Below are positions 27,369 to 36,860 of a stretch of 64,000 bases of DNA, one piece after another; positions within the stretch are counted from its first letter, which is position 1, and each line of letters opens with the position of its first letter. The stretch covers positions 635 through 64,634 of the forward strand of contig MNWT01000007.1 of assembly GCA_001872735.1 (NCBI GenBank), given 5' to 3'. The stretch comes from Verrucomicrobia bacterium CG1_02_43_26 (GTDB lineage Bacteria > Verrucomicrobiota > Verrucomicrobiia > Opitutales > CG1-02-43-26). Both the position numbers and the translations under genes were made by a program. The notes beneath the pieces were generated by a model, which searched no databases, was not told where the DNA came from, and saw nothing but the letters and a program-made list of their open reading frames with translations.

Positions 27369-27422
27369 ACCAATTTACAGTGTATGGAAAGGTTAACTAC
27401 CGATCAACTTATAAATAATTTC

Positions 27423-28217
27423 TCATTTTCCAGGCGTGGCGCTGCTGCCCGCTAGAATTCCGCCATCCATTGTCAACTCTATGCCGGTAACGTATTTAGA
27501 CTCATCTGAAGCCAGATATAAGACGGCATAAGCGACATCAATCGGTTCCCCCATATGCCCCAGCGGTATACCCTCGGCAATTTTAGCAATCCTATGTTTA
27601 CGCTCTTCCTCATTCGACCCAAGCATAGTATCCCACATGGCCGTAAGAATAGCGCCCGGATGTAGAGAGTTACAACGAATGTTGTACCCCATTTGCGCGC
27701 AGTACAAAGCGACTGTTTTGGTATGGTTACGTACGGCTGCCTTGCTAGAAGCGTAGGCAGCGGCTCCGGGCACGCCAACGATACCGGACCGGGAGGACAT
27801 ATTAATAATCGAGCCTCCCCTTTCCTTCATTAAATTAATACCATATTTGCAGCCCAGAAAGACCCCATCTAAGTTGATTTGATGAATTTGCTTCCATGCT
27901 GCAAAACTTGTGTGCTCGGGATCTTGCGGGCCGATATCTTCATTGAGGCCTATGATGGCGGCGTTGTTAAACAAAATATCAATACGCCCATGTGAGGCCC
28001 TCAATTTTTTAACCAAGGATAACCAATCCTCCTCAGAAGCAACGTCCAAGTGGTGGTATTCTCCATTGATCTCCTTGGCTAACTGTTCACCCTCGTTATC
28101 GAGGATATCGCCAATAATGACATAAGCACCCTCATTTGAAAGCAAACGAGCCGTTTCAGCGCCGATACCCCGGCTGCCGCCCGCGATCAATGCAATTTTA
28201 CCTTTTACTCTGTTCAT
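27423..28217 (-). CDS. Short-chain dehydrogenase/reductase (classical SDR)
   Basis: IAGGSRGIG cofactor motif, NNAA, and the S...YASSKAAV catalytic triad. Confidence 0.9.
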   Translation of the reverse strand: MNRVKGKIALIAGGSRGIGAETARLLSNEGAYVIIGDILDNEGEQLAKEINGEYHHLDVASEEDWLSLVKKLRASHGRIDILFNNAAIIGLNEDIGPQDPEHTSFAAWKQIHQINLDGVFLGCKYGINLMKERGGSIINMSSRSGIVGVPGAAAYASSKAAVRNHTKTVALYCAQMGYNIRCNSLHPGAILTAMWDTMLGSNEEERKHRIAKIAEGIPLGHMGEPIDVAYAVLYLASDESKYVTGIELTMDGGILAGSSATPGK

Positions 28218-28239
28218 AGCTTATTTACTTATTGTTTGA

Positions 28240-28746
28240 TTAAGACAAACTCCAATAGCTCACCAAAAAATAGCCGATCATAAAAGCTGAAATACCTAGC
28301 TTGAGGACAAAAGAAACGATTCCACCGATAATGGTGCCAAAGCCAGCTTTGGTAGCTTTATGGATATGATTTCCTCCGAGCAGTTCACCTACGATTGCGC
28401 CGATGACTGGACCTATGATGATCCCCATGAGCACGCCTACACCTAAAAAGGGAGACAATACAAAAGGGCCGATTAATATGCCTAGAAATGCACCCAGGCC
28501 GCCCTTCCAAGAACCGCCAAATTTTCTGGCACCCCAGTAAGCGCAAAGCCAATCCAACACTTGAGCAAGAATCGTCAATACCGTAGCAACGATCACAAAC
28601 GTCCAGGAAACGGAGTGTTCCGGAACCCATAATTTATGCATTACAATTCCAGCCAAAACAATGGCTGTGCCTGGTAAGACAGGTAAGAAAGAACCAATAA
28701 AGCCGATCAAAAAAATCAGGCAAGTGACGATAAAAGGAATGGTCAT
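28240..28746 (-). CDS. DUF456-family membrane protein
   Basis: 168 aa with four hydrophobic, glycine-rich segments. 'GSFLPVLPGTAIV' is the N-terminal motif typical of DUF456. Confidence 0.7.
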   Translation of the reverse strand: MTIPFIVTCLIFLIGFIGSFLPVLPGTAIVLAGIVMHKLWVPEHSVSWTFVIVATVLTILAQVLDWLCAYWGARKFGGSWKGGLGAFLGILIGPFVLSPFLGVGVLMGIIIGPVIGAIVGELLGGNHIHKATKAGFGTIIGGIVSFVLKLGISAFMIGYFLVSYWSLS

Positions 28747-29714
28747 TCTACGCTAAAATTAGGATCATCTGAAAAATGCGCAATGGCGGCTTTTATGTCC
28801 AATTGTATTTGTTTTTTTAACGCCTCAGGGCTATCAAATTCCTTCTCGGGCCGCAAAAATTTATGCCAGCGCACGTAGACGACATCATCATAAGTAATAT
28901 CATTAGGCGATAAGCAATGCACTTCTAGTGTGGGCATTTTTTCATGCTCATGAAATGTGGGACGTACTCCATAATTAGCGACACCTGCAAATGCATGAAT
29001 GCCATCCTCGCGTTCCACTTCGATTTGAACGACATAGACACCGTACTTGGGTTGTAGTTCAGGTTCCCAATGAATATTTAGCGTTGGGGTATCGAGCTCC
29101 TCGGTTCCTCTGTGTTTTCCCTCAACGACCTCGCCGATTGAGAAATAGGTGTAGCCTAAGAGTTCATTTGCTTCCTCGAGCTTGCCCTCTTTGAGTTTTT
29201 CACGAATCAAGGTGCTGCTAGCCACCTGACCATTTACTTCTACCTTAGGGCAAACGATGACCTTAACACCCTGTTCCAGGGCGAGATTGGAGAGCATTTC
29301 CGTATCCCCTTTTCGATGATGGCCAAATTTAAAACCCTCACCGACGTAAATGTACTTTAAATGTTTTAAAAGAGGGGAGTTGATGAGATACGTTACAAAC
29401 TCCTCCGCGGGCATATCTGAAAATTCCTTTGAAAACGTTTGTTGTATGATTAACTCGGCGCCATTTGCTCTCATGAGCTCTTCATTCACTTCAGTCGGGT
29501 AAATGAGGGGAGTAGGGGCTCTTCCTGGAATTACCCTGCTGGGGTGGGGGGAGAATGTCATTACCGCAGTAATTCCCTGATCGGAACGGCTATCCTCGAG
29601 CGCTCTCCAGATAATATTTTGGTGCCCGTTATGAACACCATCAAAAATACCAATTGCAAGATGGATAGGACGGTTGCCCAGCTGCGCTAAAATCGCTTCT
29701 TCTTCTTTGCTCAT
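28743..29714 (-). CDS. ribF: Bifunctional riboflavin kinase / FMN adenylyltransferase
   Basis: [12 protein letters not shown] adenylyltransferase motif and a C-terminal riboflavin kinase domain (..[11 protein letters not shown]..). 4-nt overlaps with both neighbours. Confidence 0.92.
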   Translation of the reverse strand: MSKEEEAILAQLGNRPIHLAIGIFDGVHNGHQNIIWRALEDSRSDQGITAVMTFSPHPSRVIPGRAPTPLIYPTEVNEELMRANGAELIIQQTFSKEFSDMPAEEFVTYLINSPLLKHLKYIYVGEGFKFGHHRKGDTEMLSNLALEQGVKVIVCPKVEVNGQVASSTLIREKLKEGKLEEANELLGYTYFSIGEVVEGKHRGTEELDTPTLNIHWEPELQPKYGVYVVQIEVEREDGIHAFAGVANYGVRPTFHEHEKMPTLEVHCLSPNDITYDDVVYVRWHKFLRPEKEFDSPEALKKQIQLDIKAAIAHFSDDPNFSVE

Positions 29715-30439
29715 ATGACAGTTGTTGGAGGGATCGCTTTTATGACCGGAATCAAGATATCTTTAATTTCGGTGAGGCTTAATTCCTCCAGCTTATCTAA
29801 CGTACAAGCATTCGTCACGTCCAAATGTGATATTGTGGTTCGACGCAATTGCGTTAAATGGGAACCGCAACCGATCTTTTCACCTAAGTCGTGCGCAATG
29901 GTTCGCACATAAGTTCCTTTACTACATTTGAGGCGAAAGGATACCAGAGGGAGCGCAAAATCGAGTAATTCAAACTTATAGACCGTAATAAATCTAGGCT
30001 CCCGTTCGATGACCTTACCCTGCCGAGCCATTTTATATAAAGGAACGCCATTGACTTTTTTGGCGGAGAACATAGGCGGAATTTGGTATTGGTCGCCCAG
30101 GAAACCGGTCATCAAATCTTTTGTGCTCTCTTCTGTTAATTCAGGTATGGGGCGAGTTAGGGTGACGACACCATCCGCGTCATGGGAATCGGTTACTTCG
30201 CCCAATTTCATGGTAGCTTCGTATTCTTTGTCCAAATTCATTAAATATTGAGAAGCCTTTGTAGCCTTACCCACAAGGATGACCAGCAAGCCCGTTGCTA
30301 AAGGGTCTAATGTGCCTGCGTGCCCGATACGCTTCATCTTGAGCTTTTTTCTCACGCGATCGACGACATCATGGGAGGTTATCCCACTTGGCTTGTCTAT
30401 TAATAATATTCCCTCTAAGGCGTTTTGTTGGATGGACAT
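29711..30439 (-). CDS. truB: tRNA pseudouridine(55) synthase
   Basis: [15 protein letters not shown] and the [14 protein letters not shown] catalytic motif. Confidence 0.93.
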   Translation of the reverse strand: MSIQQNALEGILLIDKPSGITSHDVVDRVRKKLKMKRIGHAGTLDPLATGLLVILVGKATKASQYLMNLDKEYEATMKLGEVTDSHDADGVVTLTRPIPELTEESTKDLMTGFLGDQYQIPPMFSAKKVNGVPLYKMARQGKVIEREPRFITVYKFELLDFALPLVSFRLKCSKGTYVRTIAHDLGEKIGCGSHLTQLRRTTISHLDVTNACTLDKLEELSLTEIKDILIPVIKAIPPTTVI

Positions 30440-30536
30440 AAATTATATTTGCTAAAGGAAATGATTATAACTGTAATAATGTATAATGCAACCCAATGGA
30501 TTCATTTTTGTCAGATTTCTTACAAATGTATAAGAC

Positions 30537-31463
30537 ATGTTTATCAAAGACCCCAACGATTTTTCATTTCCCAAAGAAGCCCTCCTACGCGTTCCAAAGC
30601 TACCATATAAACATTTAGGCTCGGGGAAAGTACGCGAGCTTTACGATCTAGGCGAGGAACTTCTTATGATTGCCACGGATCGGGTGTCTGCATTTGATGT
30701 TATTCTCCACGAAGGCATACCCGGCAAGGGCATTATTTTGACACAAATGAGCCTCTTTTGGTTTGATTATCTTAAGGACGTTGTTCCGAACCATATCGTT
30801 CCCAACCATAATAAGCGACTGCTAGCAGTTTTAGCGGATTACCCCGAGTTGTATAAGAGAAGTATGATTGTTAAAAAACTCAAGCCGTTGCCAATCGAAT
30901 CTATTGTGCGTGGATATCTAGCTGGGAATGCTTGGAGAAATTATCAGGATACGGATCGATTGTGGGATATGGAATTACCCAATGGCATGAAAGAGTTCGA
31001 TGCCCTTCCGGAGCCAGCCGTTACCCCCACAACAAAAGCAAAAAAAGGCCATGATGAACCCCTTTACCACGAGCAAGCGGCAGATCTCCTGGGGGAAGAT
31101 CTGTTTTCGCAAGTAAAAGAAAAAAGTATAGCGCTCTTTAAAAACGCATCCCAACGAATAGAGGAGTCTCACTTCATTCTTGCGGATGCCAAGATGGAGT
31201 TTGGGGTTGATGAGGCAAATCAGCTCTACTTAATAGATGAAGCGTTTACGCCAGACTCATCGCGCTTCTGGCTCAAGAAAGATTATGAGACCAGTAACCT
31301 GCCTACCGGCTTTGATAAACAGATTATTCGTAATTATTTGTTATCCCTTGGGTGGAGCACAAAACCCCCTATACCCTCGTTGCCTTTAGATATCATTACG
31401 CAGACTCAGATTCGCTACATGGAAGTATTTGAGCACATTGTCTACCGGCCAAGTTTTACTTAA
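30537..31463 (+). CDS. purC: Phosphoribosylaminoimidazole-succinocarboxamide synthase
   Basis: GSGKVRELYD, LLMIATDRVSAFD, ..ILADAKMEFG.. Confidence 0.92.
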   Translation: MFIKDPNDFSFPKEALLRVPKLPYKHLGSGKVRELYDLGEELLMIATDRVSAFDVILHEGIPGKGIILTQMSLFWFDYLKDVVPNHIVPNHNKRLLAVLADYPELYKRSMIVKKLKPLPIESIVRGYLAGNAWRNYQDTDRLWDMELPNGMKEFDALPEPAVTPTTKAKKGHDEPLYHEQAADLLGEDLFSQVKEKSIALFKNASQRIEESHFILADAKMEFGVDEANQLYLIDEAFTPDSSRFWLKKDYETSNLPTGFDKQIIRNYLLSLGWSTKPPIPSLPLDIITQTQIRYMEVFEHIVYRPSFT

Positions 31464-31794
31464 ACTCGACCTGTGAGAGCTCCTCCAATTCTGAAATTTC
31501 CAGACCTCCCTTATGTGCGAGAGGTTGCCAGATATCAAAAAGCTTATCTATCTGTACTTGTGCTTCGGGTGAAAGATCTTCGCCCTCAACGAGCTTGGAC
31601 CATTCGCTATAGTCCTTTTGCAATATTAAGAGCTCCTTTTCTGTCAAACCCGTAGTTTGTTCCCAATGATGAATATCCGTAAAGATATCCTGAGTGTTAT
31701 AAGCATTCGCTGCTGGGGAAAACGCATTTACAATGACGGGTGATAACACCATCAAAAATACGAAAAGGCATGCGACTATAACAGGTAACGGCAT
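31456..31794 (-). CDS. Hypothetical secreted protein, 112 aa
   Basis: N-terminal signal-peptide-like segment (MPLPVIVACLFVFLMVLSPVIVNA/FS) followed by an acidic mature part. Family not recognised. It overlaps the purC 3' end by 8 nt. Confidence 0.5.
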   Translation of the reverse strand: MPLPVIVACLFVFLMVLSPVIVNAFSPAANAYNTQDIFTDIHHWEQTTGLTEKELLILQKDYSEWSKLVEGEDLSPEAQVQIDKLFDIWQPLAHKGGLEISELEELSQVEFK

Positions 31795-32042
31795 GAAAAG
31801 AGTAGTGGGTCAGAGTATAAAGGTTACATTAAACCAAAAAACCTTTATATGTCAATTACAGGGCACTTTTTATTATTTCAATATTTTTTGTGGAAAATTT
31901 ACTAAATACAACCCGTTCGTTAGCTAAATAAAGTACAATCCACCGTAGGAGAGAAAAATAACCGCTATTTAAGTCATTTTTTTAGTTATTTTATTCTCAC
32001 TTTTGATTAAATTATGAGGTAGCACAAGCCTGCAGCATTTAT

Positions 32043-33608
32043 ATGGATATTGATAATCATAAAACACACGGTTATCCGGAAGCGGATGCCTTCTTTCAGA
32101 GCAATTGGCCCACGGGGTTAACGTATGACGATGTCTCGTTGGCCACGAACTATTCGGACATTATTCCCAAGCAGGCGGAGCTCGATGTGCGTTTAGCAGA
32201 AAAGATCGCACTTCACTTACCGATCATCTCTTCGGATATGGATACAGTGACGGAATCCAAGATGGCCATCACCATGGCATTGCATGGCGGTATGGGGTTG
32301 ATTCACTACAATATGCCGGAGAAAAATCAGGTAAAAGAAGTCGCACGCGTCAAAAACCATATACACGGCCTGATTCAAGATCCTATACTCGTTTCTCCAG
32401 ACGTTTACATACAAGACGTCCTTGATATGATAGAGGAACGCCAGTTTGATTTCCGATCCTTTCCTGTTGTTGACGAAAAGAGAAAACTCTTAGGCTTTTT
32501 GCCGAGCCGTGTGATACGTTCACGCTATAAAGGTAAAAAAGTTTCCGAGGCGATGATTTCCAGAGAAGATGTATTCACCCTGACAACAAAAGAACTGGGG
32601 AGAAACCCGATTACGGTAGCCGATGAGTTCTTTACCGCTAACATGGGCATCCATAAACTGCTTGTTGTGGATCATGAGGATAAATTGTGTGGCCTCCTTA
32701 CCTTAAGCGACATTGAGCGTATTGTTGAAGAATCTACCGCAAAAATTAAACCCGCAAGAGATGGTGATTTTCGATTGCTCTGTGGTGCGGCAGTGGCAAC
32801 GCATCGAAATTTGGATGGTTCGTTAGACAAGGAACGTATTTTAAACCATGTTAGTTTGTTGGTGAAAGAAGGGGTGGATGTCATTGCGGTTTCTACGGCT
32901 CATGGTCATACTGCAGGGGTAGGGGATTCGGTGAGATTGCTCCGGGAGCAATTTAAAGATTTAACCATTATTGCCGGCAATGTTACCTCTGCGGAAGGCG
33001 TGGAGTTTTTGGCGGACTGTGGCGCAAACGTTATTAAAATCGGACAGGGCCCCGGCTCCATTTGTACAACCCGTATTGTTGCCGGAGTGGGAATACCACA
33101 ACTCTCCGCGTTATACTACGCAGCTCAAGGCGCTAAGAAAAAAGGCGTTCAGATACTAGCAGACGGCGGTATTACCAAAAGTGGGGATATGGTAAAAGCG
33201 CTTACTTTGGCAGACGCGGTTATTTGCGGCGGCCTGTTGGCAGGTTGTTTAGAAGCACCCGGCAAGGTCATTGAAATTGATGGCAAACTGTACAAAGAAT
33301 ATAGAGGAATGGGGAGCCATGAAGCTATGAAAGAAGGCTCGGCCGCGCGTTATGGGCATATACAGAAAGATACCAGTCGTAAAGTTGCTGCAGAAGGAAT
33401 CTCTGCGTTGAAGGAAGTTGGCACATCGGCCTCTGAAATATTAACTCAGCTAAGCGGCGGTATACAATCCGGTATGGGGTACCTAGGTGCCCGTAATTTG
33501 GTAGAACTTAAAGAGAAAGCGCGTTATATACGTGTGACTCAGGCAGGTTACCTGGAATCCAGGCCGCATAATGTTATTGAAATAAAATCAAACCCTACGG
33601 CTAAATAA
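32043..33608 (+). CDS. guaB: IMP dehydrogenase with a CBS-pair insert
   Basis: ..SSDMDTVTE.., a CBS region, the catalytic loop [11 protein letters not shown], and ..GGITKSGD.. Confidence 0.93.
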   Translation: MDIDNHKTHGYPEADAFFQSNWPTGLTYDDVSLATNYSDIIPKQAELDVRLAEKIALHLPIISSDMDTVTESKMAITMALHGGMGLIHYNMPEKNQVKEVARVKNHIHGLIQDPILVSPDVYIQDVLDMIEERQFDFRSFPVVDEKRKLLGFLPSRVIRSRYKGKKVSEAMISREDVFTLTTKELGRNPITVADEFFTANMGIHKLLVVDHEDKLCGLLTLSDIERIVEESTAKIKPARDGDFRLLCGAAVATHRNLDGSLDKERILNHVSLLVKEGVDVIAVSTAHGHTAGVGDSVRLLREQFKDLTIIAGNVTSAEGVEFLADCGANVIKIGQGPGSICTTRIVAGVGIPQLSALYYAAQGAKKKGVQILADGGITKSGDMVKALTLADAVICGGLLAGCLEAPGKVIEIDGKLYKEYRGMGSHEAMKEGSAARYGHIQKDTSRKVAAEGISALKEVGTSASEILTQLSGGIQSGMGYLGARNLVELKEKARYIRVTQAGYLESRPHNVIEIKSNPTAK

Positions 33609-33610
33609 AA

Positions 33611-35197
33611 ATGTCCAAATCGTTACCCCAAAGTCTTCCCCATTCTGATTTTTCAAGCTACATCATTGCAGATGTAGGCATTAGTATGGGAGATGAAGGG
33701 AAAGGACGCGTTGTTTGTGAAGTTGTGCGGGATTTGTTGGCAAAGGGGAAAACAGTCAACATGTCCCTCAAAGTAAACGGGGGCGCTAATGCAGGACATA
33801 CGGCTGCGGGATTAAGACTAAATTTACTCCCTGTGGGCGTTGCCTTAAAAGAAGTCAAACACATAGCCTTGGGAAGCGGAGTAGTTGCGGACCCCCGAAA
33901 ATTGAACTGGGAAGTTGCGCCCCTTGAAAAAAAGAAGTTTAACGTACTTGAGCGCTTGCGCATAGATGAGAAAACTATGTTTAGCGATGTTACCCACCGC
34001 CTGTTAGACCTAGCATGGGAAAACTATCGCTGCAAACATCTTGCCCAAGAACCACGCGGTTCTACCGGCAGAGGAATTTCCCCCGCATACGCTGATGAAG
34101 CAAACCAATGTGCTATCCCGTATCGTGTCTTTAGCGGAAATAAGGATGTATTTGTGGGTAAACTTAAAGAGCGGGCACAACGCACCCTGCGCGTGATTGA
34201 GCACGTTTGCCGCGTGACCCATGAAGATTGGTTTTCATTTTTCGATGCTCTTACGGAGACAGAAATGCGTGCCAATCAAGATTCATTGGATCAACACCTT
34301 TTTAAAAAATCAGAATTCGATTTTCACCTCTTTAAAGAAAAACACCCCTTTACGCTTAATCTAGATTACTTAATTGAAACCTACTGGGCTGCCGGTTCTC
34401 ATTTTAAAGAAAACCTGTGCGACCTGAGAGAACTGACGCTCTCTGCTCTGGAGTACAAGGAATATGTTATTGCTGAATTTGGGCAATCCTATTGGCTTGA
34501 TAAACGCCATGGCTTTTCGCCAAACGTTACAGCATCCCATACCTTTACGCCCGAGCTGTTTGAATCCACGGGTGTACCCTTGCAACCCGTGCATACGATT
34601 GGTTGTTGCAAGGCCTATGATACAAAAGTAGGTACACATGTTTTTTTGACCCAAATGGCAGATGCACATCCGTTAGCTCATTTGCTAAAGAAGTTGGAAT
34701 TTGGGGTATCTACTGGTCGGCAACGTCAAGTAGGTTGGTTTGACGCGGTGGAAAAAGGAGATGCTCTTCGCTACGGCGGCTTTCAGGATATCGTTATCAA
34801 TAAACTAGATGCCCTGACTTACCGAGGCAATTGGGAAGAAGGCAGCGAACTCCTTGTATGTGTCGGTTACCGAGATGCTGCGGGCAAAATTTACAAGCAC
34901 GTTCCACGAGATGATGCCCTGAGAAATAAACTAACACCGGCTTACCGCCAGTTTCCCGGTTGGAGTGAAGATATTTCAAATGTGAGAAGCTTCTTTGAGC
35001 TCCCTCAAAACGCGCAAAATTATGTCATCGGCCTATATGAGTCCATTATAGATATAGCCTATGACGGTATGACACCCCCAATATACCCAAACATTCGATA
35101 CCTTGGTGTTGGCCCAGAACCCGATCAAGTGATCAAGGATGTTCCACGCGGAGAGTCCTTATTGACCTATAACCAGAGTACACTGAACAGTATGTGA
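33611..35197 (+). CDS. purA: Adenylosuccinate-synthetase-family protein, long divergent form (528 aa)
   Basis: Retains GDEGKG, NAGHT, GSTGRGISPAY, KAYDTKVG, STGRQRQVGWFD and NKLDAL. It carries insertions and substitutions relative to canonical PurA of about 430 aa. It starts 3 nt after the guaB stop. Confidence 0.75.
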   Translation: MSKSLPQSLPHSDFSSYIIADVGISMGDEGKGRVVCEVVRDLLAKGKTVNMSLKVNGGANAGHTAAGLRLNLLPVGVALKEVKHIALGSGVVADPRKLNWEVAPLEKKKFNVLERLRIDEKTMFSDVTHRLLDLAWENYRCKHLAQEPRGSTGRGISPAYADEANQCAIPYRVFSGNKDVFVGKLKERAQRTLRVIEHVCRVTHEDWFSFFDALTETEMRANQDSLDQHLFKKSEFDFHLFKEKHPFTLNLDYLIETYWAAGSHFKENLCDLRELTLSALEYKEYVIAEFGQSYWLDKRHGFSPNVTASHTFTPELFESTGVPLQPVHTIGCCKAYDTKVGTHVFLTQMADAHPLAHLLKKLEFGVSTGRQRQVGWFDAVEKGDALRYGGFQDIVINKLDALTYRGNWEEGSELLVCVGYRDAAGKIYKHVPRDDALRNKLTPAYRQFPGWSEDISNVRSFFELPQNAQNYVIGLYESIIDIAYDGMTPPIYPNIRYLGVGPEPDQVIKDVPRGESLLTYNQSTLNSM

Positions 35198-35337
35198 ATA
35201 ACTTGGGGATAAATTGTCGATTTCTTTTTGAAGAAAAGACTTGATTTGATCGAAACTGAGTTTAAGTCATTGATAGTTAACTGAATAAGAAATAAAAATA
35301 ATCAAATGATCAGTGCTCAAAAAATCCAAAACATTGT

Positions 35338-35378
35338 GAATAATTCAGGAATATCTGGGAATAATTGGGAATATCTGG
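35338..35378. repeat. Tandem 21/20-bp direct repeat upstream of the FAD-oxidase gene
   Basis: gaataattcaggaatatctgg | gaataattgggaatatctgg. It ends 18 nt before the ATG at 35397. Confidence 0.8.
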
Positions 35379-35396
35379 TAGGCTGAAGAAAATAAC

Positions 35397-36860
35397 ATGA
35401 AGTTAATGACCAGAACAACATCCCCATTTGAGAGAACTGCCCTTTTAAAAAACGCAATTGGCGATTGCGTTCTAACCGATAAAGAAGATTGCTTTAAGGC
35501 TTCTTACGATGGCATGCGACTTTCCTTTATGCCCGAAGCCGTGGTTAAAGTAACCGAAGAATGGCAAGTTGGCGAAACCCTTACCCTGGCGAATAAATTT
35601 AAAATACCCGTTACCGTTCGGGGAACAGGATCGACGCTGACAGGTTCGGCAACACCGATTTGCGGCGGCTGGGTGATTGATTTAAGTAACCTCACTTCTA
35701 TTGAAATAGACCCGATTAACTCGATGGCCTATGTAGGCGCAGGCGCTATCACGGGAAAAATACAAGCGGAAGCTGAAAAAATGGGCCTCTTTTACCCTCC
35801 AGACCCCGCTTCATTAAAGTTCTGTACAATAGGGGGCAATATTGCCTGTAATGCCGGGGGGCTGCGTTGTGTGAAATACGGGGTTACTCGGGATTATATC
35901 ATTGCGCTAAGAGGTTATTTACCTACAGGTGAAGCGGTTTCATGGGGACGGCCCCTGAAGAAATTTGCCGCGGGGTATAATTTACGCGATCTATGGATTG
36001 GCTCTGAAGGGACGCTTGGGGTTGTTACCCACGCGGTATTAAAGCTTGTTAAAAAACCATCTAGCCGGTGGACCTGTTTGGCCGCCTTTCCGAATGAAGA
36101 AGACGCGCTGAAAGCTGCAGAAGAACTCCTTGCGATGCGGGTTGTTCCCTCTGCTCTTGAATTTCTGGACCGTTTGACGGTTAAGGGCGTTGAAAAGGAA
36201 ACCCTTGAACATATGTTTGATAACTTACCGGGGCGTTCTCTCCTGTTGATAGAAGTAGATGGCACCAGTGCGGATGTTGTGGATGCGGAAGATCGCATTA
36301 TGAATTGGGTGCGCCATCGAGCTGAAGGTTATTTATTTGCTAAAACGGATCAAGAGGCTGAGCGACTATGGCGCATAAGACGGCAATGCTCTAAAGCAAT
36401 GTTTCAGCACGGTGATACTAAGCTTAATGAAGACGTTGTGGTTCCTATCACAAGAATGCATGAGCTCGTTCATTTCATACAAAACATAGCTGAAGAGACA
36501 CATTTAAAAATTCCTACTTTTGGCCATGCCGGTGATGGTAACTTGCATGTGAACATCATGTATCATAAAGACAACGAAGATGAAGTGAAGCGTGCTGCGG
36601 ATACATTAGATCGCCTCATGGAAAAAGTGGTCGAGCTCGGGGGCGCCATTACCGGTGAGCATGGCATAGGTTTAGCCAAATCCAGCTACCTTCATTTGCA
36701 ATACAATGAAGTTGAGATCAATACAATGCTCAAAATTAAGCATGCGTTAGATCCCAACGGCATTTTGAATCCTCAAAAGATCTTTAACAATTTTCACCCC
36801 TGGGAATATAATTTAATAGATGTGGTTCTGCCTTGGGAAAAGCAAGAAGGCAAGAGCTAG
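35397..36860 (+). CDS. FAD-linked oxidase (GlcD / D-lactate dehydrogenase family)
   Basis: FAD_binding_4 motifs (..VTVRGTGSTLTGSA.., ..GGNIACNAGG..) and the C-terminal ..GEHGIGLAK.. motif. Confidence 0.9.
   Translation: MKLMTRTTSPFERTALLKNAIGDCVLTDKEDCFKASYDGMRLSFMPEAVVKVTEEWQVGETLTLANKFKIPVTVRGTGSTLTGSATPICGGWVIDLSNLTSIEIDPINSMAYVGAGAITGKIQAEAEKMGLFYPPDPASLKFCTIGGNIACNAGGLRCVKYGVTRDYIIALRGYLPTGEAVSWGRPLKKFAAGYNLRDLWIGSEGTLGVVTHAVLKLVKKPSSRWTCLAAFPNEEDALKAAEELLAMRVVPSALEFLDRLTVKGVEKETLEHMFDNLPGRSLLLIEVDGTSADVVDAEDRIMNWVRHRAEGYLFAKTDQEAERLWRIRRQCSKAMFQHGDTKLNEDVVVPITRMHELVHFIQNIAEETHLKIPTFGHAGDGNLHVNIMYHKDNEDEVKRAADTLDRLMEKVVELGGAITGEHGIGLAKSSYLHLQYNEVEINTMLKIKHALDPNGILNPQKIFNNFHPWEYNLIDVVLPWEKQEGKS

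Noticed and set aside
31795-32042. Possible riboswitch or leader RNA (purine, ZTP or similar) upstream of guaB; the leaders of purC (30440-30536) and purS (50112-50274) were also examined
   Set aside because: I could not find the conserved cores of purine or ZTP riboswitches. The only structure seen is an AT-rich 10-bp inverted repeat (31816-31849) of uncertain meaning. A covariance-model scan (Rfam/Infernal) would be needed to exclude other classes.
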